Part shown: positions 20,538-29,563 of the stretch, piece after piece | Layout: every line of letters starts with the position of its first letter | How positions within the stretch are numbered: the stretch's first letter is position 1 | From: Candidatus Bathyarchaeota archaeon | GTDB taxonomy: Archaea; Thermoproteota; Bathyarchaeia; Bathyarchaeales; Bathycorpusculaceae | Reading direction: 5' to 3' | Assembly: GCA_963775685.1 (NCBI GenBank) | Contig: CAVZJV010000014.1 | Location: 2,368,001-2,432,000 of the forward strand | Length of the DNA stretch: 64,000 nt | The notes under the pieces: model-generated | What the model was told of the DNA's origin: nothing | Database searches by the model: none | Seen by the model: only the letters and a program-made list of their open reading frames with translations | Made by a program: the position numbers and the translations under genes

Positions 20538-20894
20538 TATACAAACCTACCGTATGGATTAATTACGAGTTAAATAGATGTTTCGGAAGCTATCCATTTT
20601 CAGGAACGAAAATCTACGTGTGCAGTCGTGGAGCTGGGGCTGGGAGTTGAACACTTCATCTGTGGAGATTTCTCTCACATGCTCTCTTTTTTCACTCAAA
20701 GAGCTAACGGAATTGGATGAATCATGTTACACGGGGCTACACAAGAACTTATTTTTGCAGAACAAATCCGAAGTGCCATTTTTATTATCAGACTACGCAC
20801 TCTACTTCAGGATAGATCTTGAAAAAAATTTTTATCTGAGCAAATCCCTATCTTCTCCTTCTATAGTTGATAATGAGCAAAGAGATGACTCACT

Positions 20895-22370
20895 GTGAGC
20901 AGCAGATGTGAAGTATTGGTGATAGGGGGTGGCGTGATTGGCTGTGCGATCGCAAGAGAACTATCAAAATTTAAAATCGAAACAGTGTTGGTGGAGAAGG
21001 AAACCGACGTTGGTTCTGGGGTTAGCAAAGGCAACAGTGGAGTCCTTCACACCGGTCTTTACTATCCGAGGGGAAGCTTGAAGGCTAAACTGTGTGTTGA
21101 AGGGCGACTGATGTTTCCAGAGTTGGCAAAGCAACTTGATGTACCTTTCAAACTCTGTGGAAAACATGTAATTGCCCGAACAGAAGAGGAACTCGAAGAC
21201 TTGGAAAGCTTAAAAGCAGTGGGGGAAGGAAACGGAGTCAAAGAATTAAACATAATCTCTGGGGAAGAACTGAAAAAGCGAGAACCCCACTTGGACGCTC
21301 TCTATGCGTTATATTCTCCTGTGGCTGGAATCGTTCCCCCTTATCTTTTTACGATTGCCTTAGCCGAGAATGCCCTAAACAACGGCGTGAAAGTTCAGGT
21401 CAACACCCAAGTGTCCGCGATAAAACAAGTAAATAGCGGTTACAAAGTAACAACAAATCAGGGAGTCTTTCATGCAGATATCGTTGTGAATAGTGCAGGT
21501 CTCTTCGCAGACAGAATCTCCGCTATGGTAGGGATTGATAATTACAAACTCTATCCCTGTCGTGGCGAATATCTCATCATTGACAAGAATTGCCACGACC
21601 TAATCAACAGTATGGTCTATCCGGTGCCGCCAAAAATTGCAGGAGTCTTGGGGGTTCATCTCACGCCCACATTAGATGGAAACATTTTGATTGGACCTAG
21701 TGAAGAATTCATCAACGCGCGAGAAGACACAAGAACAACCAAAGAAAAGATTCGGCAACTAATTAAGGGGGCGAAGAGTTTACTTCCGTCTATCCCCCTA
21801 AACCAAGTTATCTACGGCTTTGCTGCAGTGAGGTCTAAGATTACTCCACCAGAGGAGAAGGGATCTCGTGACTTTATCATCCAAGAAGACGTTAAAAACT
21901 TCATCAATATGATAGGAATGGAGTCTCCTGGTCTCACGTCCTCTCCTGCCATCGCAAAATTGGTTGTTCAAATGATCAAAGAAAAAATGGATTTGGAAGA
22001 AAAAACAGATTTTAATCTTATTCGTAGAAGAACAATTCCTTTTAGCGAAGCATCAAGAACAGAGCAAACTTCTTTGATTAAAGTAGATCCCGCATACGGC
22101 GAGATCGTGTGTAGGTGTGAACATGTATCCAAACGGGAAGTCTTAGATGCGTTAAACAACCCAATTTCAGAAAAAACAATTTCCACTGTGAAATACCGTA
22201 CCCGAGCAGGTATGGGCAGATGCCATGGGGGCTTTTGCTTACCAAAAATTGTGGAAATTCTAAAAGAAGAATATGGGCTGTCTCCCGAAGAGATTAAGTT
22301 GAAGAATCTAGATTCGCCTCTGTTCATCGGTGAAACTAAAGTCCTGAGGGAGAGTAAAAAAAGTGAGTGA
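20895..22370 (+). CDS. FAD-dependent oxidoreductase, glycerol-3-phosphate dehydrogenase/LhgO-like, with C-terminal BFD-like [2Fe-2S] domain
   Basis: GGGVIG, SKGNSGVLH, SPGLTSSPAIA, CRCE...RAGMGRCHGGFC. Confidence 0.9.
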   Translation: MSSRCEVLVIGGGVIGCAIARELSKFKIETVLVEKETDVGSGVSKGNSGVLHTGLYYPRGSLKAKLCVEGRLMFPELAKQLDVPFKLCGKHVIARTEEELEDLESLKAVGEGNGVKELNIISGEELKKREPHLDALYALYSPVAGIVPPYLFTIALAENALNNGVKVQVNTQVSAIKQVNSGYKVTTNQGVFHADIVVNSAGLFADRISAMVGIDNYKLYPCRGEYLIIDKNCHDLINSMVYPVPPKIAGVLGVHLTPTLDGNILIGPSEEFINAREDTRTTKEKIRQLIKGAKSLLPSIPLNQVIYGFAAVRSKITPPEEKGSRDFIIQEDVKNFINMIGMESPGLTSSPAIAKLVVQMIKEKMDLEEKTDFNLIRRRTIPFSEASRTEQTSLIKVDPAYGEIVCRCEHVSKREVLDALNNPISEKTISTVKYRTRAGMGRCHGGFCLPKIVEILKEEYGLSPEEIKLKNLDSPLFIGETKVLRESKKSE

Positions 22371-23616
22371 ATTGTCATCTCAAGATGTTGATTTGGTTGT
22401 GATAGGTGCTGGTCCAGCAGGGCTAGCTGCAGCCATCAGTGCAAAGAAAAATGGCCTTCAAAACTTGGTTATCATAGAAAGAAACGGTTGGCTAGGTGGC
22501 ATCCTTCCTCAGTGTATTCATGATGGTTTCGGTCTTGAACTCTTTAAAGAACAAATGACTGGTCCGGAATACGCTCAAAGATACGTCGATGAACTGAATA
22601 GATTAAAAATCCCGTATATGCTTGACAGCATGGTGCTTGAGGTCACTTCTGAAAAAAAGGTGTTCGTTGCTAGTCCTAAAGGTCTGTTTTATTTTGGCGC
22701 CAAAGCCATAGTTCTTGCTATGGGGTGTCGTGAGCGAACCCGTGGACAGATTTACATTCCAGGAACAAGACCTGCAGGAGTGTATACTGCTGGTGTAGCT
22801 CAGAATCTCATTAACTTGAAGAATCTAATGGTTGGCAAAGACGTTGTTATTCTCGGTTCGGGGGACGTAGGTTTGATTATGGCTCGTCGGCTTACTCTAG
22901 AAGGCGCTAAAGTCCATATGGTAGTTGAGATTCTTCCTCACACCAATGGTCTGCCGCGAAACATTCAGCAGTGCTTAATTGACTATGACATTCCTCTTCT
23001 TCTCTCACACACCGTCACCGAAATCCATGGGCAGAACAGGGTTGAAGCAGTCACAATCTCTCCCGTAGACAAGGATTTGAAGCCAATCAAGGGAAAAGAG
23101 CAAAATATTACTTGTGATACACTCCTTCTCTCTATAGGTTTAATTCCAGAAAATGACCTATCCAAAAATTGTAATGTTAAACTCAGTCAAGTTACTGGAG
23201 GAGGTATCGTCGACGAAAATCTTGAAACTTCTATGTCTGGAGTTTTTGCGTGTGGGAACGCCCTTCATGTTCATGATATAGTGGATTTTGTTACTCTTGA
23301 AGCGGAGAAAGCGGGAAAAAGCGCAGCGGAATACGTTCTTGGCAAGATTCAAAAGGTGGCGAGAATCACTATAGAGGCAGGTAATAAAATCCGGTATGTT
23401 TTGCCCCAAAGCATCCGCTGTGGCGCTGACATCGAGTTGTCGATTCGTGTGACCTGTCCCGGAGAAGATGTGGAAGTTGGGTTCTTTGATGGAGAAACGC
23501 TGATAAAGACAGTAAAGTTACGTAAAGTTCATCCTGCTCAGATGATCAAGATAAAACTGAAAGGAAGCGAAACCAGCGCTATTAACTCACTAAAAGTTGA
23601 GGTTTTAAGGAAATGA
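22363..23616 (+). CDS. NAD(P)/FAD-dependent oxidoreductase (partner subunit)
   Basis: GAGPAG, LGGILPQCIHDGFG, AMGCRER, GSGDVGLIMARR, ACGNALHVHD. Confidence 0.9.
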   Translation: MSELSSQDVDLVVIGAGPAGLAAAISAKKNGLQNLVIIERNGWLGGILPQCIHDGFGLELFKEQMTGPEYAQRYVDELNRLKIPYMLDSMVLEVTSEKKVFVASPKGLFYFGAKAIVLAMGCRERTRGQIYIPGTRPAGVYTAGVAQNLINLKNLMVGKDVVILGSGDVGLIMARRLTLEGAKVHMVVEILPHTNGLPRNIQQCLIDYDIPLLLSHTVTEIHGQNRVEAVTISPVDKDLKPIKGKEQNITCDTLLLSIGLIPENDLSKNCNVKLSQVTGGGIVDENLETSMSGVFACGNALHVHDIVDFVTLEAEKAGKSAAEYVLGKIQKVARITIEAGNKIRYVLPQSIRCGADIELSIRVTCPGEDVEVGFFDGETLIKTVKLRKVHPAQMIKIKLKGSETSAINSLKVEVLRK

Positions 23617-23987
23617 AGAAGGAATTGATCTGTATCGGCTGTCCTATGGGCTGTTATCTCAGTGTTGATTTCGTCGGGACAACAATACGTGACGTTAGCG
23701 GAAACCGATGCAAAGTAGGGCTGGAATACGTGGAAAAAGAGATTTCCAATCCTGAACGAACCCTAACAACCACTGTGAAAGTTAAACACGGTCATCTTCC
23801 TTTAGTTAGCGTTAGAACAAACAGACCAATACCTAAAAGTAGAATCTTAGACGCTATGAATTTGTTGGCAAAAGTTGAAGTAGAAGCACCCATCAAAATC
23901 GGAGAAACGATCATCCAAAACATCTTCAATACAGGAGTTAACATAGTGGCTACAAAAGGCATCTCAAAAAAGACAAGCTGGTGTTAG
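23613..23987 (+). CDS. DUF1667 family Cys-containing protein
   Basis: LICIGCPMGC, GNRC, P.RTLTTTV. Confidence 0.9.
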   Translation: MKKELICIGCPMGCYLSVDFVGTTIRDVSGNRCKVGLEYVEKEISNPERTLTTTVKVKHGHLPLVSVRTNRPIPKSRILDAMNLLAKVEVEAPIKIGETIIQNIFNTGVNIVATKGISKKTSWC

Positions 23988-24203
23988 TTTGTGGCTAATC
24001 AAAGTAATCAATTGGAGAAAAGGTGCACATCTATACTCTAAGAATGATGAAATTGTTAACTACTCACTTAGGGCATTAAACTAAATATGAAGTTACAAAT
24101 GACCTTTTTACTTTAAAAAAATACTTATTGAAATCAGAGAGACAGATAAAGATTTAGAATTTCTAATAAAGAATCCATAAGGGTTGCAACCACGACCATC
24201 TAT

Positions 24204-24216
24204 AAAATCATCAGAA
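24204..24216 (+). repeat. dispersed element, partial core copy 7
   Basis: AAAATCATCAGAA. Confidence 0.4.
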
Positions 24217-24436
24217 AATTTCCGATAACTTTACAAAATTTTTACAATAAATAATTTAGAGGCTGACTCTTTCAATTGGGGCCAATCGATGTGAGGCCTT
24301 TGTCAAGTGCAGTGTTTCTGGTTTGGAAAACATTTTAAAAAGGGTTTTTGCAGCTAGATTGCCCATAATCCTCATGCGAGGTGTTCCAGGCTAGCTGGTT
24401 TGCCCTGGCCTTTTGCTTAGGCTTCTTATAATTTAG

Positions 24437-24595
24437 TTATTTGGGTTTTAGGGGGGCGGCTTTGTTGATCCATGTTTTTATTGCTTCTTGGGCCGCTTTG
24501 GATAAGTCGCCTTTTTTGCCTCCGAATTGCTCGAAGGTTTTTAATCTGAATTGTTTTTCTAAGTCGTCTGAGATGTCTATGTTGATGCGGCCCAT
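24437..24595 (-). CDS. ribbon-helix-helix (CopG/Arc-like) protein, 52 aa
   Basis: Manual translation MGRINIDISDDLEKQFRLKTFEQFGGKKGDLSKAAQEAIKTWINKAAPLKPK*. Confidence 0.8.
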   Translation of the reverse strand: MGRINIDISDDLEKQFRLKTFEQFGGKKGDLSKAAQEAIKTWINKAAPLKPK

Positions 24596-24715
24596 TTTTT
24601 GTCACTTGTTTTTGCTGGTTGGATGTTGTTGTGGTAAGCGAGTAGTCAATTTTTGTTTTCGGTTTTTGTGTTTGTCATGTTTTTTCCCTTTAAGATTCGC
24701 TTATTCACATTAGTA

Positions 24716-24755
24716 TATAAGTGCATACGCACTTATAAGTGTATGTGTTTAAGTG
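24716..24755. promoter_or_regulatory. candidate RHH operator
   Basis: TATAAGTGC-ATAC-GCACTTATA inverted repeat (24716-24737), overlapping CACTTATAAGTG palindrome, three direct TAAGTG boxes, upstream of the RHH gene. Confidence 0.5.
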
Positions 24756-24811
24756 TGTAAAATGTCTGGATCCTGCAACGTACGCTGTTATAACGCAAAG
24801 AGGTGGGGTGC

Positions 24812-24877
24812 CAAGACCTCCAAAATCTGGGTCCATTAAGAAGAGAGGTCTTCCGCCTAAAATCTAATCATCAGAAC
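24812..24877 (+). repeat. ~64-bp dispersed element, copy 8
   Basis: CAAGACCTCCAAAATCTGGGT...CTAATCATCAGAAC; ends about 77 nt from the tRNA-Cys 3' end. Confidence 0.75.
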
Positions 24878-24953
24878 ATACTGCGCAACTGACGGCACAA
24901 AGTTATTCAGAAAAACGGAAATAATCCCGCGAAAGCATATGATTCAAAAAATG

Positions 24954-25026
24954 AGCTGGGGATGGGAATTGAACCCATATAGAGCAGCTCTGCAGGCTAC
25001 CGCCTGAACCGTTCGGCCACCCCAGC
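24954..25026 (-). tRNA. tRNA-Cys (GCA)
   Basis: Acceptor GCTGGGG/CCCCAGC, anticodon loop CTGCAGA, T-arm ATGGG-TTCAATT-CCCAT, U discriminator; no intron. Confidence 0.95.
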
Positions 25027-25113
25027 ACGGGAACCTAGGGTTGTGACTGACATAAAAATATTGTTGGCAGGGTTTTATTTTCTGTTATGACTCTCAGCGC
25101 TTGTTGCTGAAAT

Positions 25114-25476
25114 TTATTTTTTAAATGCTAATCCCGAGAAGACTGCGACCTGCTTGTTCTGGTTGCAGACTGAAACGTTGTACAAGCCCATGGTTTTGCC
25201 GTCTGAAACCCTTGTTGCCTCAGCAATTAAGGTGTCACCTTCGATGGATGGCTTAAGAAAATTTATACTTACCTGAACCGCCACTGCAATGTTGTCGCCG
25301 TAGTTGCAGGCTTGCGCAAAAGCGTAATCTGCCAATGAAAAAATGGCGCCGCCATGAGTGAAACCTAGGGCGTTTGTGTGGTTTTTCTCAACTTTCATCG
25401 AGACTTTGGCATATCCATCTTTTGCTTCGAGCAGCTTGATGCCTAGTGTTTCAGCAAAATAATCTGAGCCTTTCAT
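25114..25476 (-). CDS. paaI: PaaI family hotdog thioesterase
   Basis: N.LGFTHGGAIFSLAD.AF, SINFLKP. Confidence 0.9.
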   Translation of the reverse strand: MKGSDYFAETLGIKLLEAKDGYAKVSMKVEKNHTNALGFTHGGAIFSLADYAFAQACNYGDNIAVAVQVSINFLKPSIEGDTLIAEATRVSDGKTMGLYNVSVCNQNKQVAVFSGLAFKK

Positions 25477-26585
25477 TTTGGTTTTGTTCCTTTGCTTTTT
25501 GGTTCCGAAATAAGGTAATTGTAGATTTTTTGGACGATCGATATTAAGCCTTTTGGGGCGAAAATAACGATGACAAGAAGGATAACGCCTATTATTAGTA
25601 GGCTTATGGGTGCACCTACGTTGCTTACATTTGGGAAATATGAGCCAAGCCCTCCATTAAGTGTATTTACGACACTGGGTAACGCCAAGGTTTGTTGTAA
25701 TGAAACGAGAAAAATTGATCCGATTATTGGACCGCCAACTGTCCCTAAGCCTCCTATGACGGTCATGATTAGGGGCAAGAATGAATTTGTTGGCGAAAAG
25801 ATTGAGTTGTCGATTAGCCTGATCAAGTAGGTGTTTAATCCTCCAGCTATCCCCGCGAAGAATGTGCTTATGACAAACGCTATTAGCTTGTATTTTGCAG
25901 TGTTTATTCCAATCATCTTCGCTTCAGTTTCATTTCCATGGATAGCTCTAAACGCTAAGCCCATTCTGGAGCCCATTATGAACTGCATTACTAAAATGGA
26001 TGCCATAGCGAAGAGAACCACAAGAATGTAGAAAGGGTATCCTCTGGGAACAAGCGTCGTTGTCGCATACCCATTTATCCCCTGAGTGATGGAGTCAAAT
26101 TGACTCGATAGAGTAGCTGCGATGACTGAAAAACCAAAAGTTACCATAGCAAGGTACCACGCCTTCAATCTTACACAAGCTAAACCTATCAACAACCCAA
26201 CTCCAGCCGAAAGCAGCCCACCCAACAAGAGAGCTAATACCAAAATGGTCACCGACAAGCCTCCAACCGGCATTTGAATGACACCTAGAGCGTTAACTGC
26301 TGCTTTTGATATAGAGCCACCTATTATTGCTGAAGCAAAGCCACCGATGCCCAAGAAGACTGCATGTCCAAGTGAGCCTTGTCCCGAATTTGCCAAGAAA
26401 TTCCAGCTTGCAGCGTAGATGGCGAAGATAGTTATCAAAGTCATAACAGTTAAGAAAAAATTATCCCGAACAAGTAAAGGAACGAACGCTAATATGGTAA
26501 AGAAGGCAACTATAAACAAGAAGCCTTTGGAATGAATAAGTGTGCTTATTGTCTTTTTTAGTTGCATACTATTCCCCCTTCTCAC
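25473..26585 (-). CDS. livM: branched-chain amino acid-type ABC permease LivM
   Basis: GQGSLGHAVFLGIG, YLAMVT, GLAFRAI..NE..A..IGIN. Confidence 0.9.
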   Translation of the reverse strand: MRRGNSMQLKKTISTLIHSKGFLFIVAFFTILAFVPLLVRDNFFLTVMTLITIFAIYAASWNFLANSGQGSLGHAVFLGIGGFASAIIGGSISKAAVNALGVIQMPVGGLSVTILVLALLLGGLLSAGVGLLIGLACVRLKAWYLAMVTFGFSVIAATLSSQFDSITQGINGYATTTLVPRGYPFYILVVLFAMASILVMQFIMGSRMGLAFRAIHGNETEAKMIGINTAKYKLIAFVISTFFAGIAGGLNTYLIRLIDNSIFSPTNSFLPLIMTVIGGLGTVGGPIIGSIFLVSLQQTLALPSVVNTLNGGLGSYFPNVSNVGAPISLLIIGVILLVIVIFAPKGLISIVQKIYNYLISEPKSKGTKPK

Positions 26586-27447
26586 CGAAGATTCCGTTAG
26601 GTCGAATTATAAGCACAATTATGAGTAAGGCAAATGCAACTGCGCTTCCCCAAGTGCCTCCCAAAAACAAGGTCGCCATCTGCTCTGTTATACCATAGAG
26701 TAACCCACCGATGATTGCGCCTTTGATGCTTCCTAATCCACCCATTATTATGATGGCAAAAGCAATAATTGTAGGTAAAGCTCCAACTTGATAATCAAAG
26801 GGGTAAATCACTCCATACAACCCTCCGGCAACCGCTGCTAAAGCTGCTCCAAGGGCGAAAGTAAACATGTAGACTTTTTGTACGTTTATGCCCATTAGCA
26901 TGGCTGTTGTGTTTCTTTGGCTGGTTGCTCGCATAGCCAAGCCGATCTTTGTTTTCCACTGCAGCAAGCCAAAAATCGACAGTGCAGCGACTACGACAAA
27001 GACAGCTATGACTCGGTCGTAAGTTATCGAAAAGCCTGGCAGGCTAACGCTCATGCCGTAGAAGGGGCTTACAACCTGTTTTGAGCTGGCTCCCCAGATT
27101 AGCATGGCTACATTTTCAAAAATGTAGATTAAGCCTAAGCTTACAAAGATTTCATTTAGTTTGTCTGTGCCAAGCACCCTTCGGAAAGTGAATCTTTCAA
27201 TTACAACGCCTAAAAAAGCGACGATAATCATGGAAACAAGTATTGCTAAATATGCGTTTAATCCAAGTGAAACAGAAATGGTCCAAGTTAGGAATGCACT
27301 TATCATAAGCAACTGACCATGGGCAAAATTAACGAGTTTCATGACTCCAAAGATTATGTTTAAGCCTGTGGCTAAAAGGATGTATACGCAGCCGATTGCT
27401 ATACCCCAAACTAACGTTAAAACAATTGTCGGCGTCGTTATGTCCAT
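26569..27447 (-). CDS. livH: branched-chain amino acid-type ABC permease LivH
   Basis: GLNIIFGVMKLVNFAHG, GGLGSIKGA, RPNGIFG. Confidence 0.93.
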   Translation of the reverse strand: MDITTPTIVLTLVWGIAIGCVYILLATGLNIIFGVMKLVNFAHGQLLMISAFLTWTISVSLGLNAYLAILVSMIIVAFLGVVIERFTFRRVLGTDKLNEIFVSLGLIYIFENVAMLIWGASSKQVVSPFYGMSVSLPGFSITYDRVIAVFVVVAALSIFGLLQWKTKIGLAMRATSQRNTTAMLMGINVQKVYMFTFALGAALAAVAGGLYGVIYPFDYQVGALPTIIAFAIIIMGGLGSIKGAIIGGLLYGITEQMATLFLGGTWGSAVAFALLIIVLIIRPNGIFGEKGE

Positions 27448-27545
27448 GGTTTAATTCGTCCCTTAGGTTTAAGGCGATTGACATAATTTCTCATGTTAAC
27501 TATTTAAAACATGCGAGAAACTAAAGAAAAGAGAGGGATTTAGTT

Positions 27546-28922
27546 TTACTGCCCCGCTTTATAGCCTGTTGGCAGTTTGAAGTCTACTTGTTTGAGGTTG
27601 CTGCTTCCTGGTGGTGACCAAACTATTTGTGATGTTAGATGGCTTGTTGATGCGTCCCAGCTAAGTTGCTCAATGAAAGTTATAGGGTCGATTTCATGGT
27701 AGTTGACACCCGTGCTAAACTGTATTTTACCTGTTTGTGTCTGGATAAGCATTTGGTTAAGGTTGGTTTTTTCTATGGCTGTGCGGACGGCTGCCTTATC
27801 AATGGTTCCTGCTCTTTGGATTGCGTCTTTAGCGATGTAGAGGGCATCGTACGTGTCGGCTCCCATCATTCCTGGCATTATATGTGGATTGGCCATGTCA
27901 AAGTTCTTAACGTAGTCTCCAACAACACTTGAGTACGATGGCGTCATGAAGGGGTCAAGTTTTGACTCAAGAAGCTGCCCATCACCAACGCTTCCCAACA
28001 GGTTATAGAATGCTTCGTCTTGGTTGTTTTCAACTGCAATGTAGACTGTCTTTAGTCCAACATCATCCCATCCCTGCTTTATTATGAGCGGTGTTTTGTC
28101 GGGGTTGTCAGCGATGAATACTGCATCTGGATGTGCTGAGGCGACTGCTGTTAGGTCAGTCTGATAGTTTGTTGTTGCTGGATCATAGTTTCTATCTGCA
28201 ACGATTGTAATTGGGAGGTTTTCGCTCTCTATCCAGAATTTAGTGGCTTGTTCAACGCCCTGTCCAAAAGCATCGTTTCGATAAAGAATTGCGAGGCTAA
28301 AGTTTCGGTCAGCTGCAACCAAGGGCTTCATTTCAGAAGCGAAAAAGTCTACGACTGTTTTGCTGTAATGGTAGGTTGTCGTGCAGTAATGGAAGATGTA
28401 GCTCATGCCTTCAGAGTCGCTTACGCTGTTTGCGCCATCCGCTCCAAAGCCGCCGTAGTCTCCTTGAGGTCCTCTTCTGGTTACGAGTTGGTTAGATGCT
28501 CCAGTTATTATGTAAGGGACTTTGTTATCGATAGCTATCATTTCGTTAGCTAAGGTTCCTGCGCTTCCGTATCCGCCTATTAGTAAGTCAACGTTATCAG
28601 TTTCTACTGCCCGTGTAACTGGGGTTACTGCATTGGCTGGTGCATCATTTACTGTGTCAGCGAGGACAAGGGTTAGGTTTACGTGTGCATTCCATCCTGA
28701 AACATAGACGCCACCTGCATCATTGATTTCTTGGACTGCTAATCGGGCGGCGCGTTCCATATCCTGCCCAACGGGCGATCCAGATATGGGAGCGACCAAT
28801 CCTACTCGTATGTCTCTAGCATCTGCAGAAGGTTCATTGGGGGTTAATTGCGAATATATTGCTCCTATTGCCGCAACTGCAATTATTATAACGACTAATA
28901 TGGCTAGTATTTTCTTTTGCAA
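27546..28922 (-). CDS. LivK/LivJ-type ABC substrate-binding protein
   Basis: N-terminal anchor, VGLVAPISG, LAVQEINDAGG, NDAFG, TYDALY. Confidence 0.88.
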   Translation of the reverse strand: MQKKILAILVVIIIAVAAIGAIYSQLTPNEPSADARDIRVGLVAPISGSPVGQDMERAARLAVQEINDAGGVYVSGWNAHVNLTLVLADTVNDAPANAVTPVTRAVETDNVDLLIGGYGSAGTLANEMIAIDNKVPYIITGASNQLVTRRGPQGDYGGFGADGANSVSDSEGMSYIFHYCTTTYHYSKTVVDFFASEMKPLVAADRNFSLAILYRNDAFGQGVEQATKFWIESENLPITIVADRNYDPATTNYQTDLTAVASAHPDAVFIADNPDKTPLIIKQGWDDVGLKTVYIAVENNQDEAFYNLLGSVGDGQLLESKLDPFMTPSYSSVVGDYVKNFDMANPHIMPGMMGADTYDALYIAKDAIQRAGTIDKAAVRTAIEKTNLNQMLIQTQTGKIQFSTGVNYHEIDPITFIEQLSWDASTSHLTSQIVWSPPGSSNLKQVDFKLPTGYKAGQ

Positions 28923-28975
28923 TTTATTTTCCTCTTGTGCTTTCTTTGCTATATCTCAAAGAATCGTTAATAAAA

Positions 28976-29563
28976 TTAACTCTTTAACACACAATCCCTG
29001 CCTAGCTGGAAGGCTTTAAGGTTCAAATTGATGTATTTTTCCTTAATCCTGCCAGCTATCGCTTGCTGGAAAGACTCCACCTTCACGGGTATCTCTGGAA
29101 GAGCCGAAAGCGCTCCTAAAAGAACAGTATTTACGACCAGTAAGTTGCCAAGTTTCTCGGCGATGCTCACGCCATCAACCTCATGGACCAAAGCCCTATC
29201 CCGAAGAATTGCCATAAGTGCCTCAACATTTTTGGGTTTACCTCTCAGACCTACGCAGCTGGGAGGAATATACTTCATATTAACTATTATTGAGCCTTTT
29301 TTCTTAATCATAGGTAATGCTCTAGCGGTTTCTAAAATCTCAAAACCTACAACTGCGTCCGCTTTTCCTGTTTCAATCAATGGTGATTCAACTTTGGGGC
29401 CGATTCTCGTGAATGCAACAATTGAGCCTCCCCGTTGAGCCATACCGTGAATCTCAGCTTTTGCAACATCAAAACCTTCAAGCATTGCCGCTTCACAATA
29501 GATGTCGCTTAAAACCACCACTCCTTGGCCCCCAACGCCACTAAAAACTATGTCAAGGGTCAT
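28976..29563 (-). CDS. iorB: indolepyruvate:ferredoxin oxidoreductase beta subunit
   Basis: GVGGQG, EIHGMAQRGGS, NTVLLGA, NLKAF. Confidence 0.95.
   Translation of the reverse strand: MTLDIVFSGVGGQGVVVLSDIYCEAAMLEGFDVAKAEIHGMAQRGGSIVAFTRIGPKVESPLIETGKADAVVGFEILETARALPMIKKKGSIIVNMKYIPPSCVGLRGKPKNVEALMAILRDRALVHEVDGVSIAEKLGNLLVVNTVLLGALSALPEIPVKVESFQQAIAGRIKEKYINLNLKAFQLGRDCVLKS

Noticed and set aside
20456-20898. ORFs 20456-20650 and 20578-20898
   Set aside because: The first is antisense to the acidic peptide; the second has no recognisable motif, and a kinase-remnant idea was too weak.
24441-24713. Plus-strand 90-aa ORF
   Set aside because: Shadow of the minus-strand RHH gene.
14909-24877. 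Dispersed element read as a CRISPR array or classical integron attC sites
   Set aside because: Spacing is 0.5-4 kb and irregular, copies are degenerate, no cas or intI gene, and I could not see RYYYAAC/GTTRRRY-bounded hairpins.
24954-24985. Duplicate of the tRNA-Cys 3' end as an att site
   Set aside because: No second copy found by eye in the window, so no integrated element boundary is called.
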